Shown: positions 13,490-23,742, counted from the first letter of the whole stretch. The stretch is DNA of 63,677 nucleotides, filler included, from Octopus bimaculoides (GCF_001194135.2; 7 parts of 7 records of this genome joined end to end with filler, not necessarily neighbours in it); one strand, 5' to 3'. The notes: a model not told the origin generated them from the sequence alone. Numbers and translations: made by a program.

Positions 13490-13650
13490 GCCTGTAGCAC
13501 CTCTTCTAGTCTTTGAAATGGTCGTTTGTTTCATTGGGAAACATAAAGTCTGACATTATTGATACGTCATTGAAGCAATTTGGCATTTCTGAAATACTGG
13601 ATGGTAGAGACGAATATTTGTGGGATGACAAGTGTGAGGAAGTGGGGGAT
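13490..13650 (+). mobile_element. pogo/Tigger transposase C-terminal remnant near the A/B inversion junction
   Basis: One frame reads SLGNIKSDIIDTSLKQFGISEILDGRDEYLWDD, resembling the pogo-family I..SFKKCGISN.LDG.EDD.LW ending. Confidence 0.5.
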
Positions 13651-14827
13651 ATGGATATATATATATGAAAATATATATATATATATCCACATCATTTCGT
13701 GTTCTATGACCTCAAAAACATATATAAAGACATCACATGATATTCTTCGTAACAGCTACTGATTTCGTTAACAAATTGTGTATTTTGGCCACCATCTTTG
13801 ATTTCCACAATATTGAAAAATCAAATTGCAAAATTAAAACTATTTTTGGAATTAGCGTATTGAAAAACCCATACTAAACTAAAATACTATATATTTACGT
13901 ACACTATGAGGCTTTCAATTCATTGAATTAGCATTTACCCTTATTTTCGGGTGAGGTGGGGAAATTGTTCAAACTTCAAGGGGTGCTGTCAAAAGCAGCA
14001 AAAAGAGTTTATATCATTGTTTTGTGTCTCTGCCCACAAGTTTTCAGGGGGTTCTCCAAAAACAAGCTAAAAGAAATTAAAATAACATCCCTCCTACCAA
14101 CAAATGAGAAACTGTAGCCTTTCCTCCGCCGATTTCTGATTAAATACTCATGAAATTGTAATATATTATCATTTTGATCAGCAGGCAGCCTTTGTGAGAT
14201 CTTAGATATCAGATCAAGAACTAAGCCATAAGGACCGTCCATCATGCAGTTTTAAATCCAGAGTGAGGTGTGCTGCAAAGAGATGTTACGGCTCGAATTT
14301 GCTTATTCAATTAGCTATAACTCAACGTCCCGAGGATATCTGGAATCTAACTTCGTGACACATATATTTGGCTTTGACATGTGTGAAGAAATAGCATCGA
14401 CGTTTATACGTGATATAGAAATAATTCCACAATATTTCAAGGAAAATAGGGAGCAATTTTTGCATCAGAGTGATCTTTTTTATAGGAGTATGCACAGTAA
14501 TTCATATGTAGCTAGATAACAACATAAGGTGGTCATAAATAAAAAATGTCATTGACCATATGTCTTCTGGATTAGGAATCACCTGGATCTGAACAACAAT
14601 TTCGATTTTTGCCTCGATATTTAGAAATCAAATAGATGTTGGCGTATAAAAAACAAAAACAAAATATAAACATTTTCGTGTTACAATCCCAAATTTTGAC
14701 GTCTCGGCGTAACATGGGACATAAATTTGATATAGTTTCAAATGACATCTTCTATTCACTATTTCACACAGCAGTTGAGTTACAATAGTTTGTAAATATT
14801 GAATCAAATCGTATAAATCATGCCATT

Positions 14828-14867
<40 letters not shown>

Positions 14868-15613
14868 CATATGTGTGTATGANNNNNNNNNNNNNNNNNN
14901 NNNNNNNNNNNNNNNNNNNNNNNNNNNNNNNNNNNNNNNNNNNNNNNNNNNNNNNNNNNNNNNNNNNNNNNNNNNNNNNNNNNNNNNNNNNNNNNNNNNN
15001 NNNNNNNNNNNNNNNNNNNNNNNNNNNNNNNNNNNNNNNNNNNNNNNNNNNNNNNNNNNNNNNNNNNNNNNNNNNNNNNNNNNNNNNNNNNNNNNNNNNN
15101 NNNNNNNNNNNNNNNNNNNNNNNNNNNNNNNNNNNNNNNNNNNNNNNNNNNNNNNNNNNNNNNNNNNNNNNNNNNNNNNNNNNNNNNNNNNNNNNNNNNN
15201 NNNNNNNNNNNNNNNNNNNNNNNNNNNNNNNNNNNNNNNNNNNNNNNNNNNNNNNNNNNNNNNNNNNNNNNNNNNNNNNNNNNNNNNNNNNNNNNNNNNN
15301 NNNNNNNNNNNNNNNNNNNNNNNNNNNNNNNNNNNNNNNNNNNNNNNNNNNNNNNNNNNNNNNNNNNNNNNNNNNNNNNNNNNNNNNNNNNNNNNNNNNN
15401 NNNNNNNNNNNNNNNNNNNNNNNNNNNNNNNNNNNNNNNNNNNNNNNNNNNNNNNNNNNNNNNNNNNNNNNNNNNNNNNNNNNNNNNNNNNNNNNNNNNN
15501 NNNNNNNNNNNNNNNNNNNNNNNNNNNNNNNNNNNNNNNNNNNNNNNNNNNNNNNNNNNNNNNNNNNNNNNNNNNNNNNNNNNNNNNNNNNNNNNNGTAT
15601 AAATCATGCCATT

Positions 15614-15671
<58 letters not shown>

Positions 15672-15744
15672 TGTATGCATGTATGTAAATATGTGTGTGT
15701 TTGTGTGAGTGTGTGCGTATAAACAAGAAGATGAAGCGTAAAAA

Positions 15745-15893
15745 CTGAAAAAGAGAGAAGAAAACGAAAGCTGTCGTATGCAAGGGCTGAAGTTCTTTTG
15801 ATAACTAACATTATATTATCATCAACCAGTTTGAACTTTGCACAAGAGGAAGTCTACTGAGCTCTTTATATAAATACCGTTCGAATCTAATAA
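15745..15893 (+). other. Candidate non-coding 5' exon of unit B
   Basis: Homologous to 12201-12345 (rc), and ends taa|gtatgtaac. Confidence 0.35.
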
Positions 15894-16561
15894 GTATGTA
15901 ACATTTAAATTATTCATTGTGGCTGTATGTGATTCAGTAATAACAATAGACAGAGTATGTTATGGTAATGATGATGGTGGTAGTGGTAGAGCTTAATCCG
16001 TCTGTTGCCTGTTGAGATCTGCAAAGAGAGAGGATAACCGGAATGATTTACAAATTTTCACTTTACATCTCATCGATTGTATTTGATGAAAGTGAATCAG
16101 TTGATCCCTTAATTTTTGCATGAAGTCGAGCTTCTGTGATTTTTGTTTTATAATTAATGTAAATCGTTTGCTAAGAAACAAATGAACATATTTTGGCATA
16201 TTGATTCTTTAACTAGTTTCTCCTTGCCGTGATTAGTAGCTGAATAAAATAAATAGAGGGGCCATTAAATTAAAACTCATACGTAATATGCTCTTTCAGA
16301 AAGTATTGTATTTGGAAGATGTTGATTACATAATTTTCGGTGTAAGGATCGAACGGCACATATGTTTAACAGCAAACAATTATGTTTATTCAGGTATGGT
16401 GTAAGATACGAGTGCAACAATAATTAATTATACAGTGAATTGAGAAGGAAAGACTGATTTTGGTTATAGAAAACAGAGAAAATACTTTTGACTGTACATT
16501 CTGACGTAGAACACTCTGTCAAATGCAAAGTGACAAGCTTTACATATTTGTTTGCGACAGA

Positions 16562-16607
<46 letters not shown>

Positions 16608-16950
16608 TAGAAGTCAGATAACCTTGAAGTAAGAACATTTCATTCACTGTTAACAGTATGGAGAATATTTACGGACAAATGCTTCGAAGACGTCATCTTC
16701 ACCTAAATTATATATTTACGTTAGTACTTCTGGTGTAATTAAATTTACATTAGTAGTATTGGTGCAATTAAATTAGCCATATTACTTATTGTTTAAATGG
16801 TAAATCTTGGATTTTTAGTGAAATAGATTTGAACAGCTAAGAGAATAACTGTTACTTAAATTTTAGCTGTAAACCTTTGTTTCTTTGTAAGAAAAAAGCT
16901 TCTGTTTTTAATGAGTTTCGTTGTTATATTTCTCTATCATCAGGTGCGTG

Positions 16951-17014
16951 ATGAAAGGCATCAGTGTCCTATTGTTTTGTGTATTCATCTCATACACACT
17001 CTCGGATAAACAAA
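16951..17014 (+). pseudogene. Orphan signal-peptide exon (unit B): truncated duplicate, or alternative first coding exon of paralog C
   Basis: ctatcatcag|gtgcgtgATG...AAACAAA|gtaagt reads MKGISVLLFCVFISYTLSDKQ and matches the C exon at 63/64 nt. No propeptide or Cys exon was found between it and unit C. Confidence 0.7.
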
Positions 17015-17211
17015 GTAAGTAGAATTAGAAATTTCTTTTATTTTATAGTAATCTGAAATGTAGTGGGAGAAAAGGCGGAAAATAGAAAAGCGGAAAGAAG
17101 GACGACCACCAGCACCAGCAGCAGCAGCAACACCACCACCACCACCATCGCCACCGCCACTGCCACCGCCTCCGACGCCTCCGCCGCCTCCAACCTGTGA
17201 TGTTAGTCGGT

Positions 17212-17385
17212 ACTAAAAGTGACGTTCTGAGTTCAAATTCCGCCGAGGTCGACTTTGCCTTTCATCCTTTCGGGGTCGATAAATTAAGTCCCAGTTGCGT
17301 ACTGGGGTCGATATAATCGACTTAATCCGTTTGTCTGTCCTTGTTTGTCCTCTCTATGTTTAGGTCCCTATGGGCAATAAAGAAA
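17212..17385 (+). mobile_element. SINE with Nin/Deu-like core, 5' truncated
   Basis: gttctgagttcaaattccgccgaggtcgactttgcctttcatcctttcggggtcgataaattaag..., a sequence recurring many times in the window. Confidence 0.8.
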
Positions 17386-17399
17386 AAAATATATATATA

Positions 17400-17560
17400 T
17401 ACACACGACGTGTTTCTATCAGCCTCCTTATACCAAATCTTTTGACAAGGCTCTAGGTGGCCTAAGGAGATAGTTGACGACACTTGCCCACGGTGCCATG
17501 CGGTGAGACTGAGCCCGAAACCATGTGGCTGTTAAAAAACTTTTTACCACAGAGGAACAC
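17400..17560 (-). mobile_element. Degenerate tRNA-derived SINE head
   Basis: Reverse complement resembles 56930-57095 (gacacttgcccacggtgccatgcggtgagactgagcccgaaaccatgtgg). Confidence 0.65.
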
Positions 17561-20549
17561 CTCCGCTCCTCCACTTCTTCATGGTGCCTATCTTCTCATA
17601 GATATTCTGTACCATCCAATACTCTGGAAGTGCCAAATCCTTTTAATGGTGTGTAAATAATGTGAATTTTTATGTTTCCACATGAATCAACGACCTTTTC
17701 AAAAACGAGAGGAGGTGTTAAAATCCGCTTACTCTTCTATTTTGCACGTTTCTTCTTGTTATTCCACTTTATCTTTCATCCTGGTTTATTGATACTAACG
17801 TCTAACGGTTGCAAAACACTTGTAATTCTGTAAAGAATTAACAGCTTTATCAATGCTGGTTATCGAATGTTATCAACAACGTTCTTCCGTTCTTCACTAA
17901 ATTGGTCCCAGATGAAGAAGTACTTTACTTTCTGTAGTTCATCAGATCGTTAAGTACCAATTACTGTCATCTATTTTCTATATCTATCTGCATCAATCCA
18001 ACCTTGCGCATGCATGGATGGCTTTGCTCTTTATTTCTCATTTGCTAGAGTTTCTGTATCAATAAACGTAAATACATCACAACCTAACTCAGTACTTACG
18101 TCATTCTTCTTTTCTTGAGGCGAGTGTTTCTCTTCGCTGCTTCTTTTCTTTCTCTGCCTTTTGTAGCCTTTCTTACCCCGATTTCTGATTAAGTACTGAT
18201 AATATTGTAAGCAAGCATCTTTAGTGGTATCTCAGTTCTCAATCCATCATGCAGAACTTATTGGAAATCTAATCGAAGCTCTGCTGCAAAGAGACGTTAC
18301 AGCCCAACTGTGATTATTCTAATGTCTTTAAATTAACGTCTTGAAGAAATCTGTAACCTAACTTCTTGATGCACGGCTAAAGAAATAAAATCTACATTTA
18401 CACGTAATATATGGAAAAATCCAGATTATATTTAAAAAAAGGATGCCGATTTTTACATAAGGTCGATTTTTTTTTATAGGAGTATATTTATTTCATATGT
18501 AAAGCTCAGATACAAAATATAAAGTGGTAATAAATAAAACATTATTGGTTATAAGACTTGAAGATCAGGGATAATCAGGATCTAAACCACAATTTGAACT
18601 TTGCACCTCTGAATCAATAGTAAGTTGGTGTGTAAAAAAGAACTTAAAAATTGTCTCCAATGATGAACATTGGCAGAACCGAGGACATAAATTCGATATA
18701 GTTTGAAATGGTGTTTTCTAATTGCTAATTCACACAGCTGTACAAACTGCGCAGCGATTTAGTAAATATTTTATCTCATAACATTAATCAAGTTGTTGAT
18801 GCTTATACATACATACATACATACATACATACATACATACATACATACATACATACATACATAAATATATGTATATATATATATATGTATATATATGTGT
18901 GTATATGCATATATATGTATGTGTGTGTGTGTATGTATGGATATATATATATATATATATATATANNNNNNNNNNNNNNNNNNNNNNNNNNNNNNNNNNN
19001 NNNNNNNNNNNNNNNNNNNNNNNNNNNNNNNNNNNNNNNNNNNNNNNNNNNNNNNNNNNNNNNNNNNNNNNNNNNNNNNNNNNNNNNNNNNNNNNNNNNN
19101 NNNNNNNNNNNNNNNNNNNNNNNNNNNNNNNNNNNNNNNNNNNNNNNNNNNNNNNNNNNNNNNNNNNNNNNNNNNNNNNNNNNNNNNNNNNNNNNNNNNN
19201 NNNNNNNNNNNNNNNNNNNNNNNNNNNNNNNNNNNNNNNNNNNNNNNNNNNNNNNNNNNNNNNNNNNNNNNNNNNNNNNNNNNNNNNNNNNNNNNNNNNN
19301 NNNNNNNNNNNNNNNNNNNNNNNNNNNNNNNNNNNNNNNNNNNNNNNNNNNNNNNNNNNNNTTATGCTGGATGTTTGTGTTATACATTTCTCATTAGTTT
19401 ACGAAAGATGTTCCCATTTTCTTATTTTATGTCGAAACATTCACATCCACCAAACTGCTGATCTTTGCAACAGTGCCTGACTGCCGTTCTTTGTTCCACA
19501 GAACACCATTTGACCAATTTTGCTATCAGTAGATCGCTGCTTGTATTGAGTTAACTCACCAATATTCTTTGTTTAGAATCGTGTGAATACATTCTGGTTC
19601 TGCTGTAGCTTTGTCATAGCAGTAAAGACAATGCGTTCTTCATATAGCGTTTTTAGTTGGTGTGTGTGTGTGTGTTTGTGGGTGTGTGTGTGTGTCTGTG
19701 TGTGTTTGGTAACAAGGCCATATCTAAATGATGAATGTAGAATCTTGAAGATATTTTTTGACAGTTACTGAATACTGTCCCATGTTTAGAGCAAAACCAA
19801 CATGCATAACCTTCTTCTGGGATGAGACGTATACTTGAAGTACTTCTTCATCGATTCTTCGCTTAGTTTCTCCTTGCCCAGATTAGTCGCTGACATCCCT
19901 AATAAATAAAAGCAATAGTAAGACCATTAATTAAAAGAAAGTGTAGTATTTAGAAAGATAACGATAATAAATTTCTGTGTGAGGATTATATGACACATGT
20001 ATTCAGCAGCAAGCAATTGTATTTAGTCAGGCATAGTGCTAGATTGTTGAATACCAGTGCAACAGTTAATACAATATACAGTGAAATGTGCAGGAAAGTT
20101 TGATTTTGCATAGAGAAAATAGTGAAAATACATTTGACTGAGTACATTTCACATAAATTGACAAACATCTCATAATTGTTTTGGTGCAGACATAAAAATA
20201 ATATAGCTATAAAAACTAGATATACTTGAAGTAAGAATATTTCATTCACTGTTAACAATATGGAGAATATTTACGGACAAACGCTTCGAATACGTCATCT
20301 TCACCTAAATTATATATTCACATTTGTACTATTTGTGTAATTAAATCTACATTAGTAGTATTGGTGCAATTAAATTAGCCATATTACAAATTGTTTAAAT
20401 GATAATGCTTCGATTTTTAGTGAAATAAATTTGAAATGCTAAAGATAATTGTTATCTACATTTCAGCTGTAGATCTTTGCTTTCTTGTAAGGAAAACGCT
20501 TTTGTATTAATGAGTCTCGTTGTTATATTTCTCTATCAATAGGCACGTG

Positions 20550-20613
20550 ATGAAAGGCATCAGTGTCCTATTGTTTTGTGTATTCATTTCATACACACTC
20601 TCGGATAAACAAA
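20550..20613 (+). CDS. Paralog C, signal-peptide exon
   Basis: ctatcaatag|gcacgtgATG...AAACAAA|gtaagt reads MKGISVLLFCVFISYTLSDKQ, with a phase-1 donor at 20614. Confidence 0.88.
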
Positions 20614-21347
20614 GTAAGTAAAATTAGAAATTTCTTTTATTTTAATTGTAATCTGAAATGTAGTGGGAGAAAAGGCGGAAAATAGAAAATCGGAAAGAAG
20701 GAAAATGAATAACGTTACTTCAGCGGTCTTTCGGGTGTTCACCATTTACATGCTTTTACAGCTTTTAAATAAATAACTCTATTTATCAACACAACGCATA
20801 GACCAAGTGTACGGGATTAATATTCTTCTATATAATATACAAATCGGGAAGAATTCTAGTGGTGTGCTCTAATCTATTACTCCTGTATATGATCAGAACG
20901 TAAAAAAACGTAAACGAAACGATACTAATTACATTACTCGTCGAGCTAACGATTCTGCCAGCTCTCCACCGCCGCCCTTAGAATTCTTAATTATTAAAAT
21001 AATTACAGAAGAGAATCAGCAAGTGCTATATATAATGTTTCATGTGTTTTTTGTTTGTTTTCTTGTCATTCCTTTTTATTGATTCATTGGTTTTTATCCC
21101 CTTTATGTATTAAAAATATCCATCACAACAGAGATCAGCCATATTAAGTGTCTGAGTGAGGAAATGTGAGTTCCAGTCTTCATGATCCTCCATATTATTT
21201 CAGATGATATCATAAATACAGTCTCCTCTATTCAATACATTATCCTGTATTTAATACATTATCCTCTATTGATACATTCTTCTCTAGTCAATGAATTATG
21301 TTGAGTGCTTTATTAAAATACCATATGTATTTTAATATTTCTTTCAG

Positions 21348-21408
21348 ATGTCGCTCCCTTCCATCAACAGACAGGAGCTTCTGTAGGTTTTCATGACATG
21401 ATTAAACG
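21348..21408 (+). CDS. Paralog C, propeptide exon (61 nt)
   Basis: tttaatatttctttcag|ATGTCGCT...ATTAAACG|gtaagaac reads (N)VAPFHQQTGASVGFHDMIK(R). The Arg codon CG|T spans the splice junction and completes a KR site. Confidence 0.87.
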
Positions 21409-21989
21409 GTAAGAACTACATATCTACATATGTTATCGAATTGATAGACAAGCAGCCGCTAGTAAGGTTTCATGGCTTGTGTCTATAGTAGAGAGGTCAT
21501 TAATATTGTCGCAATTCTATTCTTGAGACTCTTTCCTAATTATAGTTTCTGCGTAAAAGAAAATATGGAACTGGAAAATATCAAGTGAGACGATCGGAGA
21601 AAATTTTCACGAGTAAAAATTCAATAATATTTGTTTCTATTTTACCTAGAAAATTTATCAACAATTCATGGCTGTCTAGTTAAGAAGTGCGAGCGTTCAT
21701 TCCCTGAACGTATGTCTTCTGCTATACGCTCAGCCCGACCAATACCACCTGAATGAATGTGGTGGAGGAGAACTGAATGGAATTCTATAATATATATCTA
21801 CTATTGGGACCCGTCGAAATTCCACGGAATGGAAAAAGTTAAGAGGACCTATTTAAGAGAGAAAGGAAGATTTGCATTTTTATAGAATTCATAGTTTAGC
21901 TTTCTTTAAATATTCTTGACGTTTGTCTTCATCCATTTCCTCACGTCTTCGACTGCATTGTTTTTTACCTCTTTTCACCATATTTTCCC

Positions 21990-22108
21990 TTTTTTCCCTT
22001 CTGATCCGTGCTCAATGGCTGCCCATTCTTTTTTCCCTTCTGATCCGTGCTCAATGGCTGCCCATTCTTTTTTCCCTTCTGATCCGTGCTCAATGGCTGC
22101 CCATTCTT
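21990..22108. repeat. 39-bp minisatellite, 3 copies, in intron 2 of paralog C
   Basis: ctgatccgtgctcaatggctgcccattc recurs at 22001, 22040 and 22079. Confidence 0.9.
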
Positions 22109-22676
22109 TCCCGAGCAGCTTGCGACTGTATTTCCTGTGAATTCAGAATTTAGACTAAATTGACCTTTATAAGCAAATATCAAATTTTTAAGCGAGCAGA
22201 CGATAAATAACTACACTTACGCGATAAGCAATGGTCACTATGAGAAAAAANNNNNNNNNNNNNNNNNNNNNNNNNNNNNNNNNNNNNNNNNNNNNNNNNN
22301 NNNNNNNNNNNNNNNNNNNNNNNNNNNNNNNNNNNNNNNNNNNNNNNNNNNNNNNNNNNNNNNNNNNNNNNNNNNNNNNNNNNNNNNNNNNNNNNNNNNN
22401 NNNNNNNNNNNNNNNNNNNNNNNNNNNNNNNNNNNNNNNNNNNNNNNNNNNNNNNNNNNNNNNNNNNNNNNNNNNNNNNNNNNNNNNNNNNNNNNNNNNN
22501 NNNNNNNNNNNNNNNNNNNNNNACAGTCGGCGGGCGCTGGTGCCTCTCATTATTTGTTTCATCCTTATCACCCCCATCTCATTAATGTCCATGTCCAGCC
22601 CGCAGCTACTTTATTTCTGTCTGTCTTTGTCTGTCCCCTCTATGTAACGCCGTTAATGGCGAAATTTATTGAAATA

Positions 22677-22965
22677 AAGTAGCTTGGTTACCACAACCAC
22701 ATGCTTCCGGGTTCATCCCACTGCGTGGCACCTTGTGTAAATGTGTTCTACTATAGCCTCGGGTTGACCAAAGCCTTGTGAGTGGATTTGGTAGAAAGAA
22801 ACTGAAAGAAGCCTGTCGTATATATATATATATATGTATATATTGTCCTCCCAACATCGCTTGATAACCGATCCTGGTGTGTTTTCATCCCCGTAACGTA
22901 GCGGTTCGGCAAAAGATACAGATAGAATAAGTACTAGACTTACAAAGAATAAGTCCCGGGGTTGA
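22677..22965 (+). mobile_element. Composite SINE: tRNA-like head, internal (TA)n and conserved tail
   Basis: Head ccacatgcttccgggttcatcccactgcgtggcaccttg...gaaactgaaagaagcc, then (TA)n, then tail atcgcttgataaccgat...gcggttcggcaaaaga...gaataagtactag. Confidence 0.8.
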
Positions 22966-23029
22966 TTATTAACTGACATACATCAATACTCAACTTGTTA
23001 CCTCCCCTCTAACTATTCTTTGCTACTCT

Positions 23030-23232
23030 TTGCACAAGGCCCGAAATTTTGGGGGAGCGGTCCAGTCGATTAGATCGACCTCAGTACGCAACTGGTACTT
23101 AGTTTATCGACCCCGAAAGGATGAAAGGCAAAGTCGACCTCGGCGGAATTTGAACTCAGAACGTAGCGGCAGACGAAATACCTCTAAGCATTTCGCCCGG
23201 CGTGCTAACGATTCTGCCAGCTCACCGCCTTT
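23030..23232 (-). mobile_element. Nin/Deu-core SINE, near full length
   Basis: rc reads ggcggtgagctggcagaatcgttagcacgccgggcgaaatgcttag...gttcaaattccgccgaggtcgactttgcc..., with A- and B-box-like head motifs. Confidence 0.85.
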
Positions 23233-23282
23233 CTAATCTAATTATTAACACTATTTATTTATTAATTACGCTGTCACTAAAG

Positions 23283-23476
23283 TAGCGAGTTGGCAGAAAC
23301 GTTAGCACCGCTACGTTCCGAGTTCAAATTCCGCCGAGGTCGACTTTGCCTTACATCCTTTCGGGGTCGATTAAATAAGTACCAGTTACGCACTGGGGTC
23401 GGTATAATCGACTTAATCCGTTTGTCTGTCCTTGTTTGTCCCCTCTATGTTTAGCCCCTTGTGGGCAATAAAGAAA
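23283..23476 (+). mobile_element. Nin/Deu-core SINE with an internal deletion, inverted relative to 23030-23232
   Basis: gcgagttggcagaaacgttagca[deletion]ccgctacgttccgagttcaaattccgccgaggtcgac...tgtgggcaataaagaaat. Confidence 0.85.
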
Positions 23477-23531
23477 TGTGAAACCATGATTTAATGAATT
23501 TCTTATTTCCTACAATATTCTGTGTTTACAG

Positions 23532-23742
23532 TGACAAGCCCAAGGAAAGCGCTTGCTCAAAGGACGAGTGTTACCAATCTATGCCAAGCAAGTATTGTTG
23601 CGAAGGTTTGACATGTTCTTGCAGTCGCGAAGAAAAGAAATGCACGTGTAATTCACAAGATATCATCCATGGGACTCATAACAGTATACTCCAAAGTGTA
23701 ATCGCTGTTCTCATTTTCTTTGTGAATTTACCAACTTGTTGA
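23532..23742 (+). CDS. Paralog C, last coding exon: 8-Cys agatoxin-like/ICK peptide and hydrophobic tail
   Basis: tttcctacaatattctgtgtttacag|T GAC... reads DKPKESACSKDECYQSMPSKYCCEGLTCSCSREEKKCTCNSQDIIHGTHNSILQSVIAVLIFFVNLPTC*. The phase matches the upstream exon, and the spliced CDS is 336 nt (111 aa + stop). Confidence 0.88.

Larger units (their letters stand above)
14070..17100 (+). repeat. Duplication unit B: partial paralogous copy of the gene's upstream region, UTR exon and signal exon
   Basis: Collinear similarity to the reverse complement of 9570-13000 (A) and to 18100-20700 (C). Similarity ends about 85 nt into intron 1, at a (CCA/GCA)n tract and SINE. Confidence 0.8.

Noticed and set aside
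14800-15660. Apparent direct repeat (gtataaatcatgccattgg + (TA)n) on both sides of a gap; similar case at 60420-60610
   Set aside because: Typical overlapping contig ends at a microsatellite; probably a single locus.
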